Part shown: in pieces, positions 36,210 to 45,102 of the stretch
Position numbering within the stretch: position 1 is the stretch's first letter
Layout: every line of letters starts with the position of its first letter
From: Candidatus Versatilivorator sp.
GTDB lineage: Bacteria; Acidobacteriota; Terriglobia; Versatilivoradales; Versatilivoraceae
Assembly (NCBI GenBank): GCA_965207735.1
Contig: OZ242296.1
Span: 800,001 to 864,000, forward strand
Reading direction: 5' to 3'
DNA: 64,000 nucleotides
The notes under the pieces: generated by a model
What the model was told of the DNA's origin: nothing
Database searches by the model: none
The model's input: the letters and a program-made list of their open reading frames with translations, nothing else
Program-made: the position numbers and the translations under genes

Positions 36210-37051
36210 TTCCCCAGGAATTCAATTATTCCAGACCCGGAACGGTGCAGGAAGCCGTCGACCTGCTGGCCGACAACGACGCCAAAGTGCTGGCAGGGGG
36301 CATGAGCCTGATCCCCCTGATGAAGCTGCGGCTCTCCGCTCCCGAACACCTTGTCGACCTGGGCCGCATTCCCGACTTGACTCGGATTACGGAGAATGGA
36401 GGAAGCCTGCATCTGGGGGCCCTGCTTACCCACCACCAAGTGGCCACCTCGGCCCTGGTTCAGGAGAAGTGCCCCCTTATCGCCGAGACCGCCGCCCATA
36501 TCGGGGACGCCCAGGTGCGGAACATGGGTACCTTGGGCGGCAGCGCCGCCCACGCCGATCCTGCCGCCGATTATCCGGCGGCTCTTTGCGCCCTGGAGGC
36601 CAAGGTCAGGCTGGTTCGAAGGAATTCGGAACGCTTGGTGGACATCGGGGATTTCTTCGTGGATGCCCTCACCACGGACGTCGAGCCCGACGAGATCATC
36701 ACCGAGCTCATCCTGCCCGTTGAAGAGCCTGGCACCGGCGTCAGCTACCAGAAGCTGCGCCAACCGGCATCGGGCTTTGCCATCGTGGGAGTTGCGGCGC
36801 GGGTGCGAACCTCCGGCGGGAAGATCTCCATGGCTCGAATCGGTGTGACCGGACTGGGCGCCACCGCCTACCGGGCTACCGGGGTGGAGGCGCTGCTGGA
36901 GGGCTCTGAGGGTTCCCAAGACGACGTCGCCAAGGCTTCCGCCGCGGTGGACGAGGGGGTCGACGCCCTTTCGGATCTGCACGCCTCCAGCGACTATCGC
37001 AGGCACGTGGCCCGCGTCTACACCGCTCGCGCCATCCAGGCCGCGTTGTAG
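36206..37051 (+). CDS. coxM: molybdenum hydroxylase FAD subunit
   Basis: LAGGMSLIPLMKLR, QVRNMGTLGGS, ADPAAD. Confidence 0.88.
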   Translation: MIPQEFNYSRPGTVQEAVDLLADNDAKVLAGGMSLIPLMKLRLSAPEHLVDLGRIPDLTRITENGGSLHLGALLTHHQVATSALVQEKCPLIAETAAHIGDAQVRNMGTLGGSAAHADPAADYPAALCALEAKVRLVRRNSERLVDIGDFFVDALTTDVEPDEIITELILPVEEPGTGVSYQKLRQPASGFAIVGVAARVRTSGGKISMARIGVTGLGATAYRATGVEALLEGSEGSQDDVAKASAAVDEGVDALSDLHASSDYRRHVARVYTARAIQAAL

Positions 37052-37059
37052 GGGGCCCA

Positions 37060-37506
37060 TTGAAAATCAGCGGATCCCGTCTCCTTGCCGTGGACCAGGA
37101 GGAGTGTTACCGGTTGCTGCAGGACCCACGCGTACTGGAGCAATGCATGCCCGGCTGCCGGAGCCTGGTCCAGGTGGGCGAAAATACCTATGCCATGAAG
37201 ATGAAGATGGCTCTGGCCAGCATTTCCGGCCTCTTCGACGGCAAGGTTCGCATTGCCGACCGCAACTCCCCCAACAGCTTTCGCCTCCTGGTTGAAGGAT
37301 CCGGCAGAATCGGCTTCCTGAAGGGAGACGGCCTGCTGCAGTTGACCCCCGAAAAGGATGGAACGTCCATTGGCTATGAGGGAGAGGTGCGGGTGGGAGG
37401 CACCATCTCGGCCGTGGGGCAGCGGCTGCTGGACACGACCTCCAAGATGATGATCAAGCGTTTCTTCGACAAGTTGGCAAGCACCCTGCCCAATGTTGAG
37501 AGCTAA
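37060..37506 (+). CDS. coxG: CoxG/SRPBCC family protein
   Basis: DPRVLEQCMPGC, VGG.ISAVGQRLL; follows coxM. Confidence 0.8.
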   Translation: MKISGSRLLAVDQEECYRLLQDPRVLEQCMPGCRSLVQVGENTYAMKMKMALASISGLFDGKVRIADRNSPNSFRLLVEGSGRIGFLKGDGLLQLTPEKDGTSIGYEGEVRVGGTISAVGQRLLDTTSKMMIKRFFDKLASTLPNVES

Positions 37507-37644
37507 GCACCGGGTTTGCCGCCTTGACTTCCTGCCAACGAGTCATACCGTTCCCTCAGACGAAGCTTTCCCCGCGACTGAAAGACCGATTGCTTCCGCT
37601 CGTTTTGGTTTTCGGGTAGTCCAATACGCTGAGCCTGTACCTTA

Positions 37645-38670
37645 GCCCGCATTTCTCACCAGGGGGCATGTGCGCGCTGAAGGGAAAAAGACAAGCCAGG
37701 GCATGCCCAGCGCCGTCTGTTACCCGCAAGCCCTTACCATAGAGCCAATCAACGTACTGAAGATAAACTACTGCACCAGCGACTTGGGTAGAGTCGAGGA
37801 CTGGCGCGTTGACTATAGGGTCCGGTGGCTATTCCGTCGCTTTCGCTTCGGGCCTCAGTCCGGCTCCCTTATCACGTTTCCAGTCCCCGCTCTCCGAACC
37901 GGACGTGCGGTTTTCCCGCATCTCGGCTCTCCAGTGGGATCATGCGTCTCGCACACAGGTCCCCGCTCGCATCCGTGGACGACTCCTATGGGATTGGCAC
38001 CCGTCCCCCACTCCATCCACTTCCGCTCCCGGGTTGCCGCCAGGCCTGTTGATGCCCTGACGACGCCGTCCTCCTCCGACGACCCTTTCACTTTTGCATG
38101 TGATGCTTCCGGAGTCTCCGGCCCTTTTTTGGTCGGGGTTTCAGGCTTTCGCCACTCCCGGGACCCTTCCCCCTTCGGTCACCGCTCCTCACCTGAGGCC
38201 CCTTCCCTCCACCGGTATTACCCGGCTTCTCCGGTACTACAGGCCTCTCCGCCACCCTGTCGGCCTAGACTGACTCTCGCGAGCTTCCGGTTCGGTGCGT
38301 GCCTCACCACCCACAGGGCTTCCCATGTTGCTGCCTTCTTCCCCTTCCATGCGTGCCAGCGCCACTACCCCGGCGGGTCCAAAGGGGTGCCCGCGTCGCT
38401 CGCTTCCCCCTCCGTCTTCGGCCTTCCCCATTTCTCAGGTGGGTCGGCCCCCGCATTGCCCGTTTCGAGGCCTGCTCGACGTTCACTCGCGTTCCGGCCC
38501 GCATGCTCGCTGAACCGCCTTAAGCGGCCCTTTGACACCAGAGGGCTTCAGACCATATCGTTACCTCCATGATCCGCCCTGGCTGCTACCAACCGGAGCG
38601 ACAGTTGTTGGACGGGTTTCGCACCCGTTGGAAGAAGGCGCCTTTCCATGGCGCACTGAGAAATGCGGGC
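37645..38670. mobile_element. ~160-bp MITE whose right TIR is interrupted by a group II intron
   Basis: Left end GCCCGCATTTCTCACCA; removing the intron restores the identical sequence on the minus strand at the right end; TA flanks both ends. Confidence 0.7.
37788..38656 (-). ncRNA. ORF-less group II intron (IIB type), 869 nt
   Basis: 5' GTGCGCCATGGAAAGGCG; domain V GAGAGCCGAGATGCGGGAAAACCGCACGTCCGGTTCG; 3' end CTCGACTCTAC; EBS1 UGAGAA complementary to the 5' exon end TTCTCA; no RT ORF. Confidence 0.88.
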
Positions 38671-38673
38671 TAG

Positions 38674-40253
38674 GAGTCTGCGCCGCAGAAAACCCGGGCA
38701 GGGCTGAATGATACAATAACGGGCTTAGAGACATCATAGGAGGTGGTGGATGGGGACAAGGTTTCGCCCGTATCAGCCGAAGCAACTGTTGATGTTGCCG
38801 CCGGACCTGGGGGAGTGGGTACCGGAAGGGCACTTGGCCCATCAGGTGAGTGAGTTGGTGGATGGGCTGGAGTTGAGAGCGTTTTACCGGCCCTATGAAG
38901 AGGACGGGAGGCGCAACTCGCCCTACGAGCCGCGGATGATGGTGAAGGTGTTGATTTACGCCTATGCGACAGGGGTGTTCTCGTCGCGCAAGATCGCGAG
39001 GAAGCTGGAGGAAGACGTGGCGTTTCGGATGCTGGCGGCGGGGAACTTTCCGCAGCATCGGACGTTGTGCGAGTTTCGCCGCCGGCATTTGAAGGACTTC
39101 AAGCAGCTGTTCGTACAGGTGGTGAGCTTGGCGCGGGAGATGGGGATGGTGGGGTTGGGGCGATTGGGGATCGACGGGACGAAGGTGCGGGCGAACGCGA
39201 GCCGGCGCAAGGCGATGAGCTATGGTCGGATGAAGGAGCGGGAGCGGCAACTGAAGGCAGAGATCCATGAGTTGTTGAAGAAGGCGCGGCGGGAGGACCG
39301 GGAGGAAGATGAGCGGTACGGGGAAGACCGGCGTGGGGATGAGTTGCCCGAGGAGTTGCGGCGGCGGGAGGACCGGCTGGCGGCGATCGAGGCGGCCAAG
39401 CAGCGGCTGGAGGCGGCCCAGCGGGAGGCCGATGAGGAGCGGGGGCGCAAACCGGGACAGGACCGCAACCCGAAAGCACGACGGCCCTACAAGCGGGCCT
39501 ACGGAGAACCGGAGGAGAAGGCGCAGAGTAATTTCACCGATCCGGAAAGCCGGATCATGAAGACTTCCACCGAGGGGTTCCAGCAGTGCTACAACGCGCA
39601 GGTGGCGGTGGACGGAGAGCACCAGATCATTGTGGCCACCGAGGTAACGGCGCAGGCGAGCGATCAGGGGCAGATGATGGAGTTGCTGGAGGAGGTGGAG
39701 GAGAGCTTCCAGGAGATACCGAAACAGGTGCTGGCGGATGCGGGCTACTGCAATGAGGAGGACTTGCAGGCCCTGGAAGAGAGAGGAGTGGACGGTTATG
39801 TTGCGCTGGGGCGCGAGGGGAAGCGGGCGGTAGAGATCGATCCCAGGAAGCATCCGGCCAAGAGTCGTATGAGGAAGAAGCTGGCCAGCCTAGCCGGTCA
39901 GGTGGAGTATCGGCGGAGGAAGTGGATTGCCGAAGCCCCTCATGGGTGGATCAAGGAGGGGCTGGGATTCCGACGGTTCAGTCTGCGGGGCTTGCAATCA
40001 GTGCAGGGGGAGTGGGACTTGGTGTGTCTGGCCCTCAACATCAAGAGGATGAGTGCGTTGATGGCGGCCTGAAGCAAGGGATTTCCACCCAATACCCAGG
40101 GCCACGGAGGTCCTCAACCGCCCATTGTGGGAGCCCACAGGACGCTTGAGACTCTATCAACGCCCAAGTGGCTCCCAAGCACTCCTTGGAACCGGCCTTG
40201 CGCAGTAGCCTCTCGCTCTTGAACTTTCCGAAATCGTCCTGCGGCGCAGACTC
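38674..40253 (+). mobile_element. IS1182-family insertion sequence
   Basis: TIR GAGTCTGCGCCGCAG / CTGCGGCGCAGACTC flanked by CTAG (38670-38673, 40254-40257). Confidence 0.9.
38750..40072 (+). CDS. IS1182-family transposase
   Basis: YEPRMMVKVLIYAY..GVFSSRKI, IDGTKVRANAS, NFTDPESRIM, LADAGY, Y.RR..IAE. Confidence 0.92.
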   Translation: MGTRFRPYQPKQLLMLPPDLGEWVPEGHLAHQVSELVDGLELRAFYRPYEEDGRRNSPYEPRMMVKVLIYAYATGVFSSRKIARKLEEDVAFRMLAAGNFPQHRTLCEFRRRHLKDFKQLFVQVVSLAREMGMVGLGRLGIDGTKVRANASRRKAMSYGRMKERERQLKAEIHELLKKARREDREEDERYGEDRRGDELPEELRRREDRLAAIEAAKQRLEAAQREADEERGRKPGQDRNPKARRPYKRAYGEPEEKAQSNFTDPESRIMKTSTEGFQQCYNAQVAVDGEHQIIVATEVTAQASDQGQMMELLEEVEESFQEIPKQVLADAGYCNEEDLQALEERGVDGYVALGREGKRAVEIDPRKHPAKSRMRKKLASLAGQVEYRRRKWIAEAPHGWIKEGLGFRRFSLRGLQSVQGEWDLVCLALNIKRMSALMAA

Positions 40254-40486
40254 CTAGTACCGAAAGGCCTTCGGAAGCTGTGCGTCCGGCCTCTTCAGCA
40301 GAATATTCCGTGAAAGATTAGCGGTTTGGAGATCCTCGGGCAAACTGCAGATGGAACATCCGAACGCTTGGCGGCAACACCCTGATCCAACCCGACTTTG
40401 CCTTCTTGCTATAGCGGGAAGAATCAAGGCAACGACAAAGCCGCCTGTCGATACTCCGACAGGCGGCTGGAGATCATCCGCAAAAA

Positions 40487-40849
40487 CTAGAAGGGAGTTG
40501 GGGGAATTGCGGGTAGCTTGAAGTAAAGCATGAAGGCGATCAGCAGCGTGTAGAGGACCAGCGATTCGATAAGCACCAGTCCCAGCAACAGGGCGAATCG
40601 GATGGAGGCCGCCGCCCCCGGATTTCTGGCGAGGCTTTCGCAGGCTGCCGAGACGGCCCGCCCTTGGGCCAAGCCGCAAATGGCGGCGGCGAAGGCCATG
40701 GCGAAACCGATGCTGATGTAATGCCAGTGGCTGCCAGTACCTTCCGTAGAGAACGGCCACCAACTGGTGGCATCGGTTTGGGCAAAGACTGGTGATGCCG
40801 CGAACAGAACGACGATGCTGATGAAAACTACCGAGTAAAATCGCTTCAC
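40487..40849 (-). CDS. atpE: F0F1 ATP synthase subunit c
   Basis: GLAQG, ARNP loop, LIESLVLY; AAGGAG RBS before GTG 40849. Confidence 0.9.
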   Translation of the reverse strand: MKRFYSVVFISIVVLFAASPVFAQTDATSWWPFSTEGTGSHWHYISIGFAMAFAAAICGLAQGRAVSAACESLARNPGAAASIRFALLLGLVLIESLVLYTLLIAFMLYFKLPAIPPTPF

Positions 40850-41024
40850 GATGGATTCTCCTTTCGGTTGGGGTTCGGCACGGATGCCCGATCTAACGGA
40901 AATCCGCTGGAACCGATAAAGCGCCACTTGGAGGTGGTTCCCGGGAACCCCTCGTGCATCCCGGGCTCACACAAGTGGCAGGGATGGTCGAATTCGACCC
41001 TGCCGGCGCCGTGACGTCCGAGGC

Positions 41025-41774
41025 TCAATGCTCCTCCGAGACGGCGCCCGCAATGTAAATCATGGTCAGGACCATGAAGATGAAAGCCTGCAGAAAACTG
41101 GCAAATACTCCCAGTGCCATGATGGGAAGCGGCACTATGAAGGGGACAAGGCCAAAGAACACGGCCACGACCTGGTGCTCGCCGAAGATGTTTGCGAAAA
41201 GACGGACCGACAGCGAAAAGGGTCGGGCCAGGTGGCTGATGATTTCTATCGGAACCATCAACGGCGCCATCAAGGGCACCGGACCGGCAAAGTGCTTGAG
41301 ATAGGGAACCAACCCCTGCTTTCGAATTCCCAGGTAGTTGTAGTAGAGGAACACCACCAGGGCGCAGCCGACGGTCACGTTGATGCTGCTGGTCGGGGAG
41401 GCAAATCCCGGGATCTGCCCGCAAAGGTTCATCAGCAGGATGAAGATCCCGATGGTGGCCACCATGGGAAGGTACTTTTTGGCCCCATGGCCGATGATCT
41501 CCTCCAACTGCCCGTTGAGGAATTCAACCACCAGCTCCAAAATCTGTTGAATCTTGCCTGGCTTCTCCAGAGAAAAGGACCGCCCGGCGATGGGGAAAAA
41601 CACCGCACAGAAGAGAAACACCACCCCGGCAAAGGTTACGTGCTCAGGGACGATCATGTGCCCGGGAGCGTACGTGTAGCCAAACAGTCCAAAGAGGCTG
41701 CCGAGCAGGGCCGCTACCGCCGGGCCCAAGGTGCTGTTGACCCATTCGGCTATCCAGGTGCTACCGTGTTCCAT
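41025..41774 (-). CDS. atpB: F0F1 ATP synthase subunit a
   Basis: IEIISHLARPFSLSVRLFANI, LQAFIF. Confidence 0.95.
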   Translation of the reverse strand: MEHGSTWIAEWVNSTLGPAVAALLGSLFGLFGYTYAPGHMIVPEHVTFAGVVFLFCAVFFPIAGRSFSLEKPGKIQQILELVVEFLNGQLEEIIGHGAKKYLPMVATIGIFILLMNLCGQIPGFASPTSSINVTVGCALVVFLYYNYLGIRKQGLVPYLKHFAGPVPLMAPLMVPIEIISHLARPFSLSVRLFANIFGEHQVVAVFFGLVPFIVPLPIMALGVFASFLQAFIFMVLTMIYIAGAVSEEH

Positions 41775-42219
41775 GGCAGGGGTCCTCGTTCCAACCTTTG
41801 ATCACCTGCAGCACACACTCGACCAGCACGGCGCCGACTACCAGAACCAAGCCCGAGAAAAATCCGAAGACCTCCAGCAGATCAACGCGGAATGTAGCAT
41901 AGAGCGACAGCCCAATCAAGGCGTATCTTAAGACATACTTGAAGATAGCAGTACGGGCCGTTCTCCTGGGGGGGGGCTGGGTCGCGCGGGTGATTTCCAG
42001 GAGATGGTCTACCCCTTGCTTGAGCCACCGGAAGTTGATCCAGGAGAGCACAGCCCCTGTCAGGAAGCCCAGTCCCGAGTCGAGTCCACCGAGAATCAGA
42101 GCCGCCAGGCAGGCCGGAATGCCCAGGCCAACGCTGATCTTCCACAGCCGACGGTCAAGGCCCTCGTCGATCAAAGCCGAGATGGAGAGACTCCTTGAAT
42201 GCAACTCATTCCTTCCCAT
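41761..42219 (-). CDS. atpI: ATP synthase subunit I-like membrane protein
   Basis: Four TM segments between atpZ and atpB; start set at ATG 42219. Confidence 0.7.
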   Translation of the reverse strand: MGRNELHSRSLSISALIDEGLDRRLWKISVGLGIPACLAALILGGLDSGLGFLTGAVLSWINFRWLKQGVDHLLEITRATQPPPRRTARTAIFKYVLRYALIGLSLYATFRVDLLEVFGFFSGLVLVVGAVLVECVLQVIKGWNEDPCHGTR

Positions 42220-42415
42220 CGACCTTCTTGACCACTCGAAAGAGATTGACGAACGCCGCTGCGATCCCGAACAGGATTCCGATGAAGCTGAAGGTGTTTC
42301 GGTTGCCGGTCCAGCCGTCCAGCAGGTATCCCAGGCCGTAACCAACGGCGATACAAACCGGAAACATGATCCCCAGCGTCAGCAGGTCGCCGTACTGTTT
42401 ATACTTGGCCGCCAC
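42206..42415 (-). CDS. atpZ: AtpZ/AtpI family small membrane protein
   Basis: IAVGYGLGYLLDGW, G.LFGIAAAF pattern at the head of the atp genes. Confidence 0.8.
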   Translation of the reverse strand: MAAKYKQYGDLLTLGIMFPVCIAVGYGLGYLLDGWTGNRNTFSFIGILFGIAAAFVNLFRVVKKVDGKE

Positions 42416-42496
42416 CTTGTTTGCGCTCCTGCCTGCGGATGCATTATTATCCCGTTTCAGTCAATGTCTGCCGCCCATGTTCACCTGGAGGACGCC

Positions 42497-43108
42497 ATGT
42501 CCGGAAAATACACTCTTGGGGTTGCATTCGTCGTCGCTTCGTTTCTTTTTGCCGGCTGTAGTCAGGCACCCGAGCCTCCGCAGCCAACCGACTCCGGGAC
42601 GGAAGCTCCCAAAACGGAAGAAGCGGCTGCAGCACCGGAGGAAATCAAGGTCCACGATCTGGCGAAGGAAGATATCACCCAAATCCCGGACCTTACCAGC
42701 CGCAACCTGTCGGTCATGGGAGTCAAGCTCGGAGACCCGACGGCAGAGGTCAACCAGAACAAGCAGTTGGGAAAATCCCTCGGAACCACTCCCGTCGGCG
42801 GCCTCTATCGCTCCGCTTATCAGGAACGGGGCATCTACCTGGACTTCGACAAACAGACCGGCAAGGTCATCGCAATCTACGTCAACACCAGCTTGGCCAG
42901 AAAGGTGAAGGGGCGATTTCGTTCGATTCTGCGGCGGGGGAACCTGGACCTGTTCAAGAAGATGTTCGGGCCGGAGCCTCGCCGTCTGCGGCCCGATCTC
43001 CAGACCACAAGCTGGCGCTATCCCAAGAAAGGCGTAGAGCTGATCCAGACCCGAAGCGGGAATCAGAGAACCTACACCTTCAAGCTGGTGAGACCCCGAA
43101 GAGGCTGA
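42497..43108 (+). CDS. hypothetical lipoprotein
   Basis: GGAGG RBS, lipobox LFAGC, Pro/Glu/Ala-rich linker. Confidence 0.7.
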   Translation: MSGKYTLGVAFVVASFLFAGCSQAPEPPQPTDSGTEAPKTEEAAAAPEEIKVHDLAKEDITQIPDLTSRNLSVMGVKLGDPTAEVNQNKQLGKSLGTTPVGGLYRSAYQERGIYLDFDKQTGKVIAIYVNTSLARKVKGRFRSILRRGNLDLFKKMFGPEPRRLRPDLQTTSWRYPKKGVELIQTRSGNQRTYTFKLVRPRRG

Positions 43109-43217
43109 TTCCCGGTTCTCGCCCCCGGGAAGTCCGATGGCAGGCCCCGAACCCTGAACCTGCGATCAAGGCAGACTTCCCTTTCCGACAACTAAGCCCA
43201 CCCCCGGCCCTGCCTGA

Positions 43218-43386
43218 CGGATCACACGAGAGTGAAACAATCGGAAATCGATCATCCCTTCCTAATCTTGGTTTCCCGTTGCGTTTAACCCCAACGCCTT
43301 AGTGGCCCTTCGTCGTTCTTCGTGCCCCTTCGTGGATAAGTCTTTTTCTTTTGTCTCTTGTCGTTTTTCGGTTGTTTCAGGCAAGC
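43218..43386 (+). repeat. dispersed ~150-bp intergenic repeat, copy 2
   Basis: AGAGTGAAACAATCGGAAATCGATCATCCCTTC...CGCCTTAGTGGCCCTTCG...GGTTGTTTCAG. Confidence 0.8.
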
Positions 43387-43408
43387 CGGGCCCCTGCCTG
43401 CCGGGTCG

Positions 43409-45016
43409 TTACTTCTTCCTGGCTTCCTGGACCGGCGGCAGCTTTGCCAGCCGAGCCTCGGTACGATCGAAGAAGCCCGGCTGTACCCGCTGCACAATCT
43501 TCTCAACCGGTTTTTCGATGTACTTGAAGAAGGGCTTGGGATAGATACCGATCCAGAAACACATGATCACCAGAGGCAGCAGCGTGGCGTACTCTCTGAC
43601 ACTCAGGTCCTTCAAATCCTTGTTCTTGGGATTGGTCACCGGCCCGAACATCATGCGTTGATACAGCCAGAGCATGTAGGCCGCTCCCAGCACGATCCCC
43701 GCGCAGCCCCAGGCTCCCCAGCTCCAATGTCGCTGGAAGGCGCCCGCCAGAATGGTGAATTCACCGATAAATCCGTTGAGCAGCGGCAGCCCGATGGAAG
43801 CCATGGTGATGATCAGGAAAATGACGGCATAGCCCGGCATGACTCGGGAGAGTCCGCCATATTCCGATATCTCCCGCGTGTGCCTCCGTTCATAGACGAT
43901 TCCCACGATCAGGAAGAGAGCGCCGGTCGAAATTCCGTGATTGATCTGTTGCAGGATGCTGCCGTTGATCCCGTTGGGATTGAGCGCAAACAATCCCAGC
44001 ATGCAGAATCCCAGGTGGCTGACCGACGAGTATGCGACCAGTTTCTTGGCATCCTTCTGCATCATGGCCACCAGGGCTCCATAGATGATCCCGACGATCG
44101 ACAGGAAGATCATCAGGTGGAGCAGTCCGAACTGCTGGTCAAACCAACCAAAGGTCAGATAGGCAAAGCTCAGCGAAGTGGTGTCCTGTACCGCATCCGG
44201 AAACATGGGCAGGCTGAAGCGGATGAAACCGTAGGTGCCCATCTTCAGCAGCACGCCGGCCAGGATAACCGAACCGGCGGTGGGGGCCTCCACGTGGGCA
44301 TCCGGGAGCCAGGTATGGAACGGGAACATGGGGACCTTGATGGCAAAACCGATGAAGAAGGCCAGGAACACCCAGAACTGGTACTCCCAGGGATAATCCA
44401 GCTCCAGCAGCGCCGGGATGCTGAAGGTGTAGACCCCGGTCACCTCGTGGTTGTAGAAGTAGAGAGCCAGGATGCCCAGCAGCAGCAGCACCGATCCGAA
44501 CAGCGTGTACAGGAAGAATTTAATTGCCGCGTACAGCTTTCTGGCCCCTCCCCACACGCCGATCAGGAAGTACATGGGGACCAGCATGACCTCCCAGAAG
44601 ACGTAAAAGAGAAAGAGATCCATGGCCATGAAGACGCCCAGCATGCCGGTCTGGAGCATCAGCATGAAGATGTAATATTCCTTGACTCTCTCCTGAATCG
44701 CATTCCAGGAGGAGAGAATGGACAGGAATCCCAGTCCGGTGGTCAACACGATCAACAACAGGCTGATGCCGTCGATGCCGAAGTGATATTCCACACCGAT
44801 GGAGGGGATCCAGGACGCCCGCTCCACGAATTGCAGTCCTTCAGCTTCCGTGTCGAACCCGGTGATTAGGGGGATCGACACCAGAAATCCGATGGCGGCC
44901 ACGATGTTGGCAAACCAGCGAATGAACTCGGTCTTTTCCTTGTTCACCAGCAGCAGCAGCAGGGCGCCCAGCAGCGGCGTGTAGGCGACAATGGACAAGA
45001 GATGGTTTTCAAACAT
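43409..45016 (-). CDS. nuoM: NADH-quinone oxidoreductase subunit M
   Basis: GIDGIS, FWE.MLVPMY, KVPMFPFHTWLPDAHVEAP, LLKMG, YSSVSH. Confidence 0.93.
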   Translation of the reverse strand: MFENHLLSIVAYTPLLGALLLLLVNKEKTEFIRWFANIVAAIGFLVSIPLITGFDTEAEGLQFVERASWIPSIGVEYHFGIDGISLLLIVLTTGLGFLSILSSWNAIQERVKEYYIFMLMLQTGMLGVFMAMDLFLFYVFWEVMLVPMYFLIGVWGGARKLYAAIKFFLYTLFGSVLLLLGILALYFYNHEVTGVYTFSIPALLELDYPWEYQFWVFLAFFIGFAIKVPMFPFHTWLPDAHVEAPTAGSVILAGVLLKMGTYGFIRFSLPMFPDAVQDTTSLSFAYLTFGWFDQQFGLLHLMIFLSIVGIIYGALVAMMQKDAKKLVAYSSVSHLGFCMLGLFALNPNGINGSILQQINHGISTGALFLIVGIVYERRHTREISEYGGLSRVMPGYAVIFLIITMASIGLPLLNGFIGEFTILAGAFQRHWSWGAWGCAGIVLGAAYMLWLYQRMMFGPVTNPKNKDLKDLSVREYATLLPLVIMCFWIGIYPKPFFKYIEKPVEKIVQRVQPGFFDRTEARLAKLPPVQEARKK

Positions 45017-45102
45017 GAATCAAGCTCCCGATCGTGTGTCTGCGATGACCCTGCCGGCCGGGCTCCCCAACCCGGCCTCCGTGCCCTCCAACCGTCCTGG
45101 GT

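Noticed and set aside
37670-38572. 300-aa plus-strand ORF over the intron
   Set aside because: Antisense to the intron RNA, with no RT (YADD) or other motif
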